A DNA stretch of 64,000 nucleotides from Dehalococcoidia bacterium (GCA_050011565.1 JBEKIW010000005.1:1-64000), one strand, 5' to 3'. Positions 1-10,147 are shown, counted from the stretch's first letter. The notes: generated by a model from the letters alone, not told the origin. A program made the numbers and translations.

Positions 1-238
1 CAACCGGACCTCATCAATATGCCGGAACAATTATAACAAACTTATGATCAAGTTACCTCGTGTCGCATGTTAATTTAAGGAATGTATCTTGGCGTCAATT
101 AGGAAAAGAAGATTGCACAAAAGTCAGTTTTGTGCAATTTTAGCTAGGTGCATCACACACAGCTATATTATGTGTCTGCGTATTGGAAGTAATAATCCCC
201 CGTTCCCAACGCCTCCATATTAATGCAGAGCTGATGAT

Positions 239-400
239 TTATTCCCAAATGGCGTCCAGAATCTTTATCCGCATTACCCGCCACACGGGTATAAATGCGG
301 CCGCGAGCGACACCACCAGCAGAATAAACGCCATACGCGCTGTATAAGAGGGCTGGGTGAGGAGATAGGCTGGGCCAAAAGGAAACTCGAAGGGATGGGC
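239..400 (-). pseudogene. C-terminal remnant of an FtsX/MacB-type ABC permease
   Basis: Translates as AHPFEFPFGPAYLL...MAFILLVVSLAAAFIPVWRVMRIKILDAIWE*; it begins right after the DUF169 stop codon and the rest of the gene is absent. Confidence 0.6.
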
Positions 401-1159
401 TTACTCGGTTTTAGAACCTATACGCTTCTGCAACTTCTGCCATGAGCCGGTGATAAGAAAGCTCTCCTCCATGTTGTCAATCATCCGGGTAAATTTATTC
501 ATCGGCGCCGAAAAGGTAAGCATATTACCGGGTACAAACGGACGCGCTGAGACATCGAACATGCCGATAACGCCTCTGGGGCGCCTGGCTTTTCCTTCCA
601 GATACGGGTACTGGACAATCGAGCCGCAGCCGGCACTGAACGGGGCGAATACTCCATTCGGCTCGCCTTCGTCGAAATTAGCCAACGTAAAGAGGCCTGA
701 AAGAACATCAGGCTGGGCGAAGAAGATGACGACTTCCGGACTGTCGGCCTCATCGAGCCTGTCCCATCTCTTGAATACGATGAACCGGGCCGGTGCCGTA
801 AACGCCGCTTGCTGTTTCATTATCTCCTTTACCAGCTCGGGGGATTTCTTGTAGCGCTCGCCTTCTAGCTTGCCTGGTATGCCACAAGACAGGAAATATT
901 CAAAGTTGGGCGCGATGGTCCGGCTGAAGCCGAGGTATCTTTTGCCGCCAAAGCAGCCGATGGAATCCGCGTTGTAGCTGATAGGAGTGCCTTCCCTGAC
1001 TTTAATCAGGTCGCCGATTATACATCTATGTCCCGAAGTGGGCTTCATAGGCTCAGCACGGCCTGCGTCATCTGTGTAATAGAAAGTAATCGGCAACTCG
1101 GCAGCGTTGAAATACTTCTGCCACTGCCGGCTGAATTTCTCTTTAAGTTTCATATCCAT
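401..1159 (-). CDS. DUF169 family protein
   Basis: 252 aa; GCxGGxxYLG and PFSAGCGS...GMFDVSAR motifs. Confidence 0.8.
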   Translation of the reverse strand: MDMKLKEKFSRQWQKYFNAAELPITFYYTDDAGRAEPMKPTSGHRCIIGDLIKVREGTPISYNADSIGCFGGKRYLGFSRTIAPNFEYFLSCGIPGKLEGERYKKSPELVKEIMKQQAAFTAPARFIVFKRWDRLDEADSPEVVIFFAQPDVLSGLFTLANFDEGEPNGVFAPFSAGCGSIVQYPYLEGKARRPRGVIGMFDVSARPFVPGNMLTFSAPMNKFTRMIDNMEESFLITGSWQKLQKRIGSKTE

Positions 1160-1196
1160 GATTCAGTGCTCCTCTCGCTGGCAGATGGGAAGGCGT

Positions 1197-1532
1197 TTAT
1201 TGAACCAGCCGGATGGTTAGCAAAGCCACACCCACGTAAATGGCTACGCCTATGATAACCGTGGGCACAAGACCCCATCGCGGCAGAATAAATATCATAG
1301 CCAGTGCATACAGGACCCAGGCGGGTATTAGAAACAGCATGCCCTTGAAATAGGAGACCGTAGCGCCGGCGCCGCTTTTATAGTATATAATGCACAGGGT
1401 TACGATGCTGATGGTGGGGAAAAAACCGATGAACGCCGCCAGCAGCCCTTTACCCTGGGTGCCGAAGTAACTTATCAGGGTCACAATCGTGCCGCCGAGC
1501 ACAAAATATAAGGACAGCAGTTTAGCATCCAT
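1197..1532 (-). CDS. Small 4-TM membrane protein (DUF3147/GlpM-like)
   Basis: 111 aa, hydrophobic, GGAGG SD upstream. Confidence 0.65.
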   Translation of the reverse strand: MDAKLLSLYFVLGGTIVTLISYFGTQGKGLLAAFIGFFPTISIVTLCIIYYKSGAGATVSYFKGMLFLIPAWVLYALAMIFILPRWGLVPTVIIGVAIYVGVALLTIRLVQ

Positions 1533-1619
1533 AATTTGCCTCCGGAGATATTCGCTAATACTAAAGCGATATACTAGTTAGGATTAAGGTCTTTTGTCAA
1601 TTATCAGCACGACAAGGGA

Positions 1620-1700
1620 ATTCTTCGATAGGCTCAGAATGAGTGGAGGAGAGCTCAGAATGACAAATTGTACTCTCTCTCCCTTGGAAGGGGAAGGTGG
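1620..1700. repeat. Degenerate REP-like intergenic repeat fragments
   Basis: GCTCAGAATGA occurs twice; CTCTCCCTTGGAAGGGGAAGG resembles the element at 42793. Confidence 0.35.
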
Positions 1701-1768
1701 AGACGCGCCGTTGACAAAGGGGTTATAATGTGACAAAAGCAGGCAATCTTAACATCCGGGGGTGAAAA

Positions 1769-2398
1769 GTGACAACTGTGCAAAAGACCTGGCTCTATAT
1801 CTTCGGTGCCTTCGCTGTACTGTTCATCGGCCTGTTACCGTTCGAACCTTATCCCGGTAATTTCGTCATTAAGGCCATACCGGCCATAAGTCTGGCGGTG
1901 CTGGCGTTCATAGCAATTGCCGGCTCGAGAGGCAAACTGCTGTTTGCGTCTCTGCTGTTCTGCGCCGCTGCGGATGTAGCCCTGGAACTGGCGGCGGGAA
2001 AGTACTTCGTCATTGGTCTGGGACTATTCCTGATTACCCACATATTGTTAATAGTAACGTTCTCCAGAGATTTTAAGTTTCAGATATCCAAGATTCCTGT
2101 TATTGTTCTGCTTATCGTGTATTCGAAAATGATGGCTTTTGTCATGACGCCCTCTCTCAAAGAGATGGCAATACCGGTCTATATCTACATGACAGCCATA
2201 ACTTTGATGGGTATCTTTGCCTCATTGAGGGCAGCAAAGAACGATTTTACACTCTACGGAGGTATTTCTTTTATCGTTTCTGACTCGGTCCTGGCCATCA
2301 ACAAATTCATGATGCCGGTGCCGGCAGCGGATTACGCCGTTATGATTACGTATTATCTATCGCTGTTTCTGATAGTCTACGGCTTTTTGAGAGAATAG
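1769..2398 (+). CDS. YhhN/TMEM86 lysoplasmalogenase family membrane protein
   Basis: Multi-TM; GLGLFLITH, FIVSDSVLA and TYY motifs. Confidence 0.85.
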   Translation: MTTVQKTWLYIFGAFAVLFIGLLPFEPYPGNFVIKAIPAISLAVLAFIAIAGSRGKLLFASLLFCAAADVALELAAGKYFVIGLGLFLITHILLIVTFSRDFKFQISKIPVIVLLIVYSKMMAFVMTPSLKEMAIPVYIYMTAITLMGIFASLRAAKNDFTLYGGISFIVSDSVLAINKFMMPVPAADYAVMITYYLSLFLIVYGFLRE

Positions 2399-2405
2399 AC
2401 AGCTG

Positions 2406-3551
2406 TCACGCCACAGGCAATGTGAAGTAAAAGGTGGTACCTTTGCCCTTACGGCTTTTCACCCAAACCGTCCCGCCGTGCAACTCCACCACCCGCTTCA
2501 CCATAGCCAGTCCTATGCCGGCTCCTCCGTGTCCTCTCTGCCGCGACCGGTCTGCCTTGTAGAAATGGTCGAAAACATGGGGCAAATCCTTACTGGGTAT
2601 GCCGGATCCTGTATCTGACACAGATACCATGACCCAGCCCGGTTTGGTATAATCGGCGCCGATTTTGATGGCACCGCCGGCGGGCGTATATCTGAGTGCA
2701 TTATCGACAAGGTTGTGCAGCACCTGGCGTATGCGGTCTTTGTCAATGAGCACCAACGGCAGCCCGTGAGGAAGGTCAGCGCTAATTGATATTTGCTTTT
2801 CCTGGCATCGGTTCTGGACGCTGGTTATCTCGGCGAAAATGAACTCGCCGAGCTCGGTGGCATTCTGATATAGCTTCAGCTGGCCGGCTTCCGCCAGCGA
2901 CAGGTCCCTAAGGTCGGTTATCAACCTGGAAAGTAGAACAGTTTCGTCATATACCGAGGCCACCTGGTCTGGAGCGGGTGTGATGACTCCGTCAAGCCAG
3001 GCTTCCAGGTTCCCTTGAATGATGCTCAGCGGGTTGCGCAATTCATGGGCGATATCAGCCAGCAACCGGCGTCTGCTTTTCTCTTTCGCCGCCAACTGCT
3101 CGGCCATCGTGTTAAAGGCTACAGACACCTCGCCGATTTCGTCGTCTGTTTTTATAGAAACCCTCTGTGAGAAATCGCCGGTGGCAACTTTACGCGCCGC
3201 TAAAGTAAGCTGTCTCATAGGCCCACTAATAAGCCGGCTGAAAAAGTAACCCAGACCCACGCCGGTCAAGATAGCTACTAATGCTGCCAGCCACAAAGAA
3301 TTACGAACCCCACTAAGGAAGGCTTGCTCGGCCTCACCCATGTAAAGGGGCGCACCTGAATTAGAGTCACCGCCGGGCATCGTTATAGTGGAGGTGAAAT
3401 CCGGTGCCGCTTGTACCTGACAATTTTTCTGGCAGTAGCAGGTGAATTCAGTCTGGACCGAACGATTCACCCACAGAGCTATAACGCCCACGCTAACCAG
3501 AGCAATTCCCACAAAGAGAAGTGAAAGCTTCACCGACAGCTTATTTAGCAT
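2406..3551 (-). CDS. HAMP-domain sensor histidine kinase (BaeS-like)
   Basis: 2 TM, HAMP, H-box AHELRNPL, N/G boxes. Confidence 0.92.
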   Translation of the reverse strand: MLNKLSVKLSLLFVGIALVSVGVIALWVNRSVQTEFTCYCQKNCQVQAAPDFTSTITMPGGDSNSGAPLYMGEAEQAFLSGVRNSLWLAALVAILTGVGLGYFFSRLISGPMRQLTLAARKVATGDFSQRVSIKTDDEIGEVSVAFNTMAEQLAAKEKSRRRLLADIAHELRNPLSIIQGNLEAWLDGVITPAPDQVASVYDETVLLSRLITDLRDLSLAEAGQLKLYQNATELGEFIFAEITSVQNRCQEKQISISADLPHGLPLVLIDKDRIRQVLHNLVDNALRYTPAGGAIKIGADYTKPGWVMVSVSDTGSGIPSKDLPHVFDHFYKADRSRQRGHGGAGIGLAMVKRVVELHGGTVWVKSRKGKGTTFYFTLPVA

Positions 3552-4237
3552 GGTTCCTCCAATTTGTAGCCGACACCCCGGACTGTTGCCAGCGGATTGG
3601 TTGAATCCGGTGCTACCTTTGCCATCTTCTGCCTGATATTCTTTATGTGAGCATCTATGGTCCGCTCATAACCTTCATAGGACTCACCGAAAGCTGAATC
3701 CATCAGTTGCAGCCGGGTGCAGACTCTGCCCGGATTACGGGCTAAGACAGAGACTAATTTAAATTCGGCAGCGGTCAGGCTCAACGGCTGCTCAAAATAA
3801 GTCGCTTCGTGTTTGTCCGGGTCCAGGCGAAGCTCTCCGGTAACAATCTGTTCACCTTTTTTCAAGCCTTCCCTGTATCTTCGCAGTACGGCACTGACCC
3901 TGGCAGCCAGCTCACGTGGGCTAAACGGCTTGGTAACATAGTCATCGGCCCCAATTTCAAGCCCGACAACTTTATCTATCTCTTCATCACGGGCGGTAAG
4001 CATGATAATAGGCACGTTCGATTGCTTCCTGATTTGCCGGCATACTTCCAGCCCATCCAGTTCAGGCAAATTCAAATCGAGCAGTATAAGGTCCGGCTTA
4101 TAAATTTGAGCCTGCTCAATAGCAGTTTTACCATCGCCGGCGATGACAACATCGTCGCCGTCCTTAACCAGGTATGCCTTGATGAGCTCGCATACCTTTG
4201 GTTCGTCCTCCACCAGCAAAATCTTGTTACGTGCCAT
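3545..4237 (-). CDS. OmpR-family response regulator (BaeR-like)
   Basis: Receiver DLILLD, KPF, winged-helix VRGVGY; ATG at 4237 preferred over the upstream TTG. Confidence 0.92.
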   Translation of the reverse strand: MARNKILLVEDEPKVCELIKAYLVKDGDDVVIAGDGKTAIEQAQIYKPDLILLDLNLPELDGLEVCRQIRKQSNVPIIMLTARDEEIDKVVGLEIGADDYVTKPFSPRELAARVSAVLRRYREGLKKGEQIVTGELRLDPDKHEATYFEQPLSLTAAEFKLVSVLARNPGRVCTRLQLMDSAFGESYEGYERTIDAHIKNIRQKMAKVAPDSTNPLATVRGVGYKLEEPC

Positions 4238-4283
4238 TTTACTTACACCGTTGCCCAATTTGATTGTAGCATAAACAAAATAA

Positions 4284-4313
4284 TAGGGGCGAAGTGGTCG
4301 AGCTTCGCCCCTA
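4284..4313 (-). terminator. Intrinsic terminator-like hairpin
   Basis: TAGGGGCGAAG/CTTCGCCCCTA 11-bp stem followed by a T-rich tract on the minus strand. Confidence 0.6.
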
Positions 4314-4376
4314 GCTTAGGAGGTGTAATTTGATAAGTCGGTACTCCGACTAGACAATAATCATAATAAGTTAAAC

Positions 4377-4634
4377 CTAGTAACCGTGACACGGTGGGTA
4401 GTTACCTGCATTATCTCCATTCAATGCACCTCGTCCGCACGGCCCGGGACAGTAACCACCGCTGTTCCAGCAGCCCGCCCAGGTACCGTTAGAGGAACCA
4501 TCATAGGCGGCGGGTCGGGTTGAAACCGAGCCATCCTGTTCTTTGGCCAACACAATACCGGTGCCGACAACTACTAACATGAGTAGTACAATCAAGATTG
4601 GAATGCCGATTTTAAATAGCTTGCTCACGTACAT
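4377..4634 (-). CDS. Small membrane-anchored/secreted Gly-Cys-rich protein
   Basis: 85 aa; N-terminal TM, 4 Cys, AGGAGG SD. Confidence 0.7.
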   Translation of the reverse strand: MYVSKLFKIGIPILIVLLMLVVVGTGIVLAKEQDGSVSTRPAAYDGSSNGTWAGCWNSGGYCPGPCGRGALNGDNAGNYPPCHGY

Positions 4635-4680
4635 TCGCCTCCTTTATGAATTCTACTACCCCTCAATAATAGCAAGCGAA

Positions 4681-4719
4681 TATGAATTTATTATGAAGAT
4701 CAGGTAAGCTTTACGTGAA
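4681..4719 (-). promoter_or_regulatory. Phased direct repeats, likely an OmpR-family binding site
   Basis: TATGAA at 4681 and 4692, degenerate copies at 4703 and 4714 (11-bp period); TATTAT -10-like box downstream on the minus strand. Confidence 0.5.
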
Positions 4720-4774
4720 TTTTGGTGGTTTCTACGTGGGGAAGGTTAAGCGGAGGTTTGCGTTCATTCTGCGG

Positions 4775-5905
4775 TTATTGAAAGCAGGCCCAGTAATCTT
4801 TGAGGTTGCTCTTGACATCGCTTATCACCCTGCCGGTCTCAGCCAGAGCGGTATCGGACATAAAACGCTGGGGTACAGGCTCTGATTCTTTTATGTCAAC
4901 CTTAAAGCCGGCCAATCCGGAAATTAAAGCCAGCCAGGCAGAGGGCAAGACCTTCTCATTGTAGCCGGAGGCAATCAAATCAATGACCTTACCATCGCAG
5001 ACTTTGGCTACCTCCCTGGTCTTCTCACCGATCATTCTGAAGCCTTTTACGGTCAGCCCCAAAGCCGTTAGCTGGTCATCGAAATGGGGGTCGGAGCCTC
5101 CGTTCCGGACTATAATCTGCGGTTTGAATTCGCGGACCAGCGGCTCAACTATGGATTCGAAAACCAGCTTATATGAATCATCGCCGGCGCCGACCGGCAT
5201 GGGAATATTGACGGTAAAGCCTTTGCCTTCCCCGGAACCGATCTGGTAGGCAAATCCGGTCCCCGGGTAGAGAGTCCTCGGGTCCTGATGCAGGTCGATA
5301 AATAATACCTTTGGCTCCTCGTAGAAATATTCAGCGGTGCCGTTGCCGGCATGGGCGTCTGTATCCAGAATCAAAATCCGGTCGAGCTTATACTTTTTCA
5401 TAAGATACCGGCCGCAGAAAGCAACATCGTTGTACAGACAAAAACCCTCGCCGTAAGAAGGCTTGGCATGATGCAGCCCGCCGCCGATTGAAATAACTTT
5501 CCTATATGTGCCGTCTTGAACCAACTCGCAGGCCGTCCTGGCCTGCCCGATAACCAGTCTCGCCGCCTCCTCCAGCTTTCCCGGCTTGCCGATGGGCTTA
5601 TTGTCCATGCTGTGATATTCGTAAAAGAGGTCGGGTTGGGGATAGCTCAGGCCCAGATTGGCAGCCTTGAAATATTCCCTGGTGAAGTCGATATAGTCCT
5701 GGCGGCAAATCAGGAGCAAATCATCTTCGGTTGCTGCCCCGGCTTCGAGAATCCGGTAATTTCCATCCTCGGCAATATGCTGTTTCAAGAACTCAATGAA
5801 TACCTCGGCGCGGCTGCCTCGAAACGGATGCCCCGGGCCGAAATCGTATTCCTTCAGTCCGTCTTGATACAAAATACCAACAGACACGGCGTTACTCCGT
5901 TTCAA
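4775..5905 (-). CDS. Histone deacetylase family protein (AcuC-like)
   Basis: GHPF, GGGLHHA, GFCLYND, DTDAHAGNG, SGY motifs; TTG start overlapping the upstream stop is inferred. Confidence 0.9.
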   Translation of the reverse strand: MKRSNAVSVGILYQDGLKEYDFGPGHPFRGSRAEVFIEFLKQHIAEDGNYRILEAGAATEDDLLLICRQDYIDFTREYFKAANLGLSYPQPDLFYEYHSMDNKPIGKPGKLEEAARLVIGQARTACELVQDGTYRKVISIGGGLHHAKPSYGEGFCLYNDVAFCGRYLMKKYKLDRILILDTDAHAGNGTAEYFYEEPKVLFIDLHQDPRTLYPGTGFAYQIGSGEGKGFTVNIPMPVGAGDDSYKLVFESIVEPLVREFKPQIIVRNGGSDPHFDDQLTALGLTVKGFRMIGEKTREVAKVCDGKVIDLIASGYNEKVLPSAWLALISGLAGFKVDIKESEPVPQRFMSDTALAETGRVISDVKSNLKDYWACFQ

Positions 5906-6294
5906 CTTAGCCTGGCGCCACACCTGCCACAGAACCTTGACGGCTCACTGATAGCATTTCCGCACCTGGCACAATAAGAGACCAGGCTCGAACCGCAGCC
6001 GCCGCAGAACTGCTGTCCGGGCACAATCTGGCAGCCGCATTTGGGGCAGATAACTCCCGCCGCCGGCGGCGACAACTGGGCTGGCGGGGATACTGGCTCG
6101 TATTTTCCTGCCGGCTGTGCCACCAGTTCCGTCTTTGGCTGAGCCAACCTGCCGCCACCCCAGACGGCTACCAAACAGACGACGGAGATAAGCACCGCCA
6201 CAACGAGGTTAAATTTGGCAGGCAGCCAGAATAACAAGTTCAGCAGCAGGCCCATTATACCCAGTATGAACAAAAAAACACCCAGAGCTTTCAT
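5902..6294 (-). CDS. Membrane protein with double zinc ribbon
   Basis: 2 TM followed by four CxxC pairs. Confidence 0.8.
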   Translation of the reverse strand: MKALGVFLFILGIMGLLLNLLFWLPAKFNLVVAVLISVVCLVAVWGGGRLAQPKTELVAQPAGKYEPVSPPAQLSPPAAGVICPKCGCQIVPGQQFCGGCGSSLVSYCARCGNAISEPSRFCGRCGARLS

Positions 6295-6430
6295 ATCTTA
6301 GCTTCCCCGAAACATCAACTTTATACAATAATTGTAGCAAATCCTGTAGACGTCAGAAACTTGCTGAAATTGATGCGATGCCGGCTTTGCAGCACCACCT
6401 CTAAGGTGATGCCTGTGGATGGCGCTCCGC

Positions 6431-6703
6431 CTATTTTCGCAGTCGCTTTAATTCAAACACGACGGGGTTTGCCGGGTCGGGACAGGCAACGGTAGCTTTA
6501 TCTTTGTCCTCTTCCCAGGGGAAAGAGCCGCGGAACTGCAACGTTGATATAAAGGGGAAAAGTGTAGAAAACGCCCAAGCGCACAAACCGGGCGGCGTCT
6601 TATCGGCAATAAGAAATTCGTCGCCAATCTTGTGACCAGCTTCACAGGTACCCTTCTGAGATATTACCGTAGCCGATACTTCGTAGAATTCCTCTTCAGC
6701 CAT
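6431..6703 (-). CDS. TIGR04076 family protein
   Basis: C.AGHKIGD, CAWA, CPD...VVFEL motifs. Confidence 0.8.
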   Translation of the reverse strand: MAEEEFYEVSATVISQKGTCEAGHKIGDEFLIADKTPPGLCAWAFSTLFPFISTLQFRGSFPWEEDKDKATVACPDPANPVVFELKRLRK

Positions 6704-6776
6704 TTTAATCGCTTACGTTAGTCTAAATTATTACAGTTACGGGCACCAATGTTACATCATGTCAGAGACAATGAAA

Positions 6777-6828
6777 AGCTCGCCGAATGTTGTTACTCCT
6801 ATTCGTCCTAAATAACCTTCGGCGAGCT
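6777..6828 (-). terminator. Hairpin downstream of rplL
   Basis: AGCTCGCCGAA...TTCGGCGAGCT inverted repeat followed by T-run on the minus strand. Confidence 0.6.
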
Positions 6829-6894
6829 AATCGCTTGCCTATGGGAAAGCTAAAGCCTTAAGATTTTCTCAACCACAAAGCCAAGCCGGTATCG

Positions 6895-7377
6895 CTATTT
6901 GATTTCTGCCTTGGCTCCGGCTTCTTCGAGCTTCTTCTTTATCGCAGCGGCTTCGTCCTTATTGATGCCTTCTTTGACCGGCTTCGGGGCACCCTCCACT
7001 AAATCTTTGGCCTCTTTGAGACCCAGAGTAGTCACCTCTCGGACGGCTTTAATCACGTTGATCTTATTCTCGCCGATTTCCTTGAGAATTACGGTAAACT
7101 CAGTTTTTTCCTCTTCGGGTGCTGCGGTTGCCGCCGATGTTGCTCCCCCCATCGCTGCCATCGCCATCGGTGCTGCCGCTGATACCCCAAACTCTTCCTC
7201 CAGAGCCTTTACCAGTTCAGCTAGCTCCAGCACGGTCATATTCTTCACTACGCCTATAATGTCTTCCTTTGTCATCGTCTTGGCTCCCGACGAAGTCTCC
7301 TTTGCTTTAGTTTGCTTTTTAGCTTTCGGTTCGCCTTCGACCTTAGGTTGTTCTGATTCGACTTGTTCTTCTGCCAT
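6895..7377 (-). CDS. rplL: 50S ribosomal protein L7/L12 (possible N-terminal extension; alternative start 7275)
   Basis: [28 protein letters not shown]. Confidence 0.95.
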   Translation of the reverse strand: MAEEQVESEQPKVEGEPKAKKQTKAKETSSGAKTMTKEDIIGVVKNMTVLELAELVKALEEEFGVSAAAPMAMAAMGGATSAATAAPEEEKTEFTVILKEIGENKINVIKAVREVTTLGLKEAKDLVEGAPKPVKEGINKDEAAAIKKKLEEAGAKAEIK

Positions 7378-7378
7378 T

Positions 7379-7903
7379 TTATCCTCCTTCAAGTTGTTTA
7401 GCTCTAGCTTGCATTACATTCAAAAAGCCCCGCAGAGGTGCACTTAACACGTTATGTAAAGCTTGTAGCGGAGCTTGTAATTGCCCCATCAGCCTGGCAA
7501 TCAAGACCTCTCTTGACGGCATGGTAGCCAGATTAGCGATATCCTCGGGAGTAAGCAGCTTATCACCGAGAATCCCGCCTTTAATCTGCAGCACGGATCC
7601 CACAGCGCGGATATGCTCTCTTAAAACCTGGGCCGGCTTCATTACGTCGTCAAAGCCAAAGGCTATAGCTACCGGGCCGGTGAGCAATGACTCCAGTTGC
7701 TTTTTATCAGCTCTATCCGCAGCAAACCTGGTAAGTGTGTTTTTTATCACCCGGTACTCTATACCCATCTTAGTCAAACGCCGGCGCAACTGCACCATCT
7801 CTTTTGCCGTCAAACCACGATAATCAGTGGCTATGGCAATGGTGCAGCGAGACAAGCTGTTGGTCAACTCATCTATCATTTGTTCTTTTTTTTGTTTCAA
7901 CAT
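7379..7903 (-). CDS. rplJ: 50S ribosomal protein L10
   Basis: [22 protein letters not shown]. Confidence 0.95.
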   Translation of the reverse strand: MLKQKKEQMIDELTNSLSRCTIAIATDYRGLTAKEMVQLRRRLTKMGIEYRVIKNTLTRFAADRADKKQLESLLTGPVAIAFGFDDVMKPAQVLREHIRAVGSVLQIKGGILGDKLLTPEDIANLATMPSREVLIARLMGQLQAPLQALHNVLSAPLRGFLNVMQARAKQLEGG

Positions 7904-7920
7904 AGTTCACACTCCTGTAA

Positions 7921-8040
7921 AATAAAAAAGCCCTTGCCATGACACAAGGACCTTAAACCGGGTTACAACAACCCGTCAAACTTAAGTTACCTCGGCAGGC
8001 AGATTTATTAAGCCTAACGGCACCTGCTGTCATGGGCTCC
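7921..8040 (-). promoter_or_regulatory. L10 leader RNA with attenuator hairpin
   Basis: GACAGCAGG...TTAA...CCTGCCGAGG core, then CCTTG/CAAGG stem and T-run before rplJ. Confidence 0.75.
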
Positions 8041-8085
8041 ACATAGAAGTCGCCTATTCAATTCATAAAGAACTTAAAGCACAGC

Positions 8086-8787
8086 TTACGATATCAGGGG
8101 CTTCAAGTCAAGCTTGATACCCGGCCCCATGGTGGTGGTCAAAAAGGCACTTTTAATATACTGTCCCTTGGCGCCGCCCGGTTTAGCCTTGTTTATGGCC
8201 TCCACCAGCGCAGTCAAGTTTTCCAGAAGCTGAGCCTCATCGAAGCTGACCTTACCGATCGGCACATGTATAATAGCTGTCCTATCCAGCCGGAATTCCA
8301 CCCGGCCTTTCCGGGCTTCGGTAATACCTCTGCCCACGTCTTCAGCAGCTACAACCGTTCCTGACTTGGGGTTAGGCATCAACCCTTTACGACCCAGTAT
8401 TTTGCCCAGCTTTCCAACCTTCCCCATCATGTCGGGGGTAGCTATACTCACGTCAAAATCAAGCCAGCCATCTTCAATTTTCTTAATGAGGTCATCACTA
8501 CCCACATAATCGGCTCCTGCTGCTTCGGCAGCCCTGGCTGCTTCACCTTGAGCGAAGACAGCAATCCTGACCTTCTTTCCTAAACCATTAGGCATAAGGG
8601 CTATACCCCGCACCTGCTGGTCAGCACTTCTGGGGTCGACTCCCATCCTTAGATGCAGCTCGACAGTCTCATCGAAGCCGGCGAAGGCTACTTTTTTAGC
8701 CAGTCCTACAGCCTCACCGGGTGTGTATGCATTCTCTTTATCCAGCAGCTTAGTTGCTTCTTTGTACTTTTTCCCTCTAAATGTCAT
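8086..8787 (-). CDS. rplA: 50S ribosomal protein L1
   Basis: [23 protein letters not shown]. Confidence 0.97.
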   Translation of the reverse strand: MTFRGKKYKEATKLLDKENAYTPGEAVGLAKKVAFAGFDETVELHLRMGVDPRSADQQVRGIALMPNGLGKKVRIAVFAQGEAARAAEAAGADYVGSDDLIKKIEDGWLDFDVSIATPDMMGKVGKLGKILGRKGLMPNPKSGTVVAAEDVGRGITEARKGRVEFRLDRTAIIHVPIGKVSFDEAQLLENLTALVEAINKAKPGGAKGQYIKSAFLTTTMGPGIKLDLKPLIS

Positions 8788-9212
8788 GATTTCTCCACGT
8801 CGATTCCCATGCTGCGGGCGGTGCCCTCGATAATCCGCGCGGCTTCTTCCAGGTCTAACGCGTTCAGGTCTCTCATTTTAACGCGGGCAATCTCGTACAC
8901 CTTTTCACGAGGTAATGTGCCCACTTTTTGCTGCCCTGCAGTGCCGCTGCCTTTTTCTATGTTTAAGGCTTTTTTCAACAGGTCGGATGCCGGCGGGGTT
9001 TTAGTGATAAAAGTAAATGACCTGTCTTCATATATAGTGATCTCCACAGGGACGATGGACCCTGCCTGAGAGCCGGTCTGCTCGTTATAGTCCTTGCAGA
9101 AAGCCATAATGTTGACACCATGCTGCCCCAGCGCCGGACCTACTGGCGGCGCCGGTGTAGCCTTACCAGCCTCAATCTGAAGTTTAATGATAGCTTTAAC
9201 CTTTTTAGCCAT
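8784..9212 (-). CDS. rplK: 50S ribosomal protein L11
   Basis: [21 protein letters not shown]. Confidence 0.97.
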   Translation of the reverse strand: MAKKVKAIIKLQIEAGKATPAPPVGPALGQHGVNIMAFCKDYNEQTGSQAGSIVPVEITIYEDRSFTFITKTPPASDLLKKALNIEKGSGTAGQQKVGTLPREKVYEIARVKMRDLNALDLEEAARIIEGTARSMGIDVEKS

Positions 9213-9743
9213 TTACAACCTCTGAACCTGTAAAAAGTCAAGTTCCACGGACGTCTCTCGCCCGAATAGTGTCAGAAGCACCTTTACCTTGCCTTTGGCC
9301 ACATTTATCTCATCAACCACCCCGACGAAATCAGAAAAAGGACCGTCAACCACTCTAACGTTCTCACCCTTTCTGAAGCCCACTTTAATTTGCGGTGAAC
9401 CTTCGGCCCTCTTTAAGATAGCATTTACCTCCCCTTCAGACAAGGGCGTAGGTTTGTTGCCGCTGCCCACAAAGCCGGTTATACCGGGGGTATTGCGCAC
9501 CACATTCCAACTGTCATCATCCATCAGCATCTGCACTAAAACGTAGCCGGGAAAGACCTTCTTGGCCACAGTGCGCCGCTGTCCACCCCTGATCTCAATT
9601 TCTTCTTCTTTGGGTATTTCTATTTTAAATATCTTGTTCTCAGCATCCATAAATTTAATTCGCTGTTCCAGAGCCTTCTGGACACGCTCCTCATAACCCG
9701 AGTAGGTATGTACAATATACCAGTGCTTATCGCCATTCTTCAC
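9213..9743 (-). CDS. nusG: Transcription factor NusG
   Basis: HTYSGYE, FPGYVLV, KOW motif GPFSDF. Confidence 0.96.
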   Translation of the reverse strand: MKNGDKHWYIVHTYSGYEERVQKALEQRIKFMDAENKIFKIEIPKEEEIEIRGGQRRTVAKKVFPGYVLVQMLMDDDSWNVVRNTPGITGFVGSGNKPTPLSEGEVNAILKRAEGSPQIKVGFRKGENVRVVDGPFSDFVGVVDEINVAKGKVKVLLTLFGRETSVELDFLQVQRL

Positions 9744-9746
9744 AGT

Positions 9747-9974
9747 CTAACCCCCACGTAAAAGCACCTTGGCTACCAGCTGTGAAAAACCAAAGTCAAG
9801 CGCCCCCAAAAAGATCCCTACCGCAAAACATACTATAATAACCATGATTGTCAGACGTATGGTATCCCGCCTCGATGGCCAGGTTACCTTCCTCAGCTCA
9901 GCGATAATGTCGCCAATAAAGGCAAAACGAGACCTTTTCTTGGCAATAATTTGAGGCTGACTTTTATTGACCAA
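9747..9974 (-). CDS. secE: Preprotein translocase SecE
   Basis: ELRKVTWPSR plus one TM. Confidence 0.93.
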   Translation of the reverse strand: MVNKSQPQIIAKKRSRFAFIGDIIAELRKVTWPSRRDTIRLTIMVIIVCFAVGIFLGALDFGFSQLVAKVLLRGG

Positions 9975-9977
9975 GGA

Positions 9978-10145
9978 TTACTTCGTCTCCCGGTGGAGCG
10001 TATGCGTGCGGCAACGCGGGCAATATTTCTTCAGTTCCAATCGCTGGGGGTCATTTTTTTTATTCTTATCAGTGGTATATGTCCGCTCCTGGCACTGAGT
10101 GCACGCTAGCTGAATGACACCACGCGATTCACCTTTCTTGGCCAT
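9978..10145 (-). CDS. rpmG: 50S ribosomal protein L33 (zinc-binding type); not in the ORF track
   Basis: Manual translation [55 protein letters not shown]. Confidence 0.95.
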   Translation of the reverse strand: MAKKGESRGVIQLACTQCQERTYTTDKNKKNDPQRLELKKYCPRCRTHTLHRETK

Positions 10146-10147
10146 GG

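Noticed and set aside
6431-6895. Absence of rpoBC after rplL
   Set aside because: Consistent with known Dehalococcoidia gene order, so not unusual
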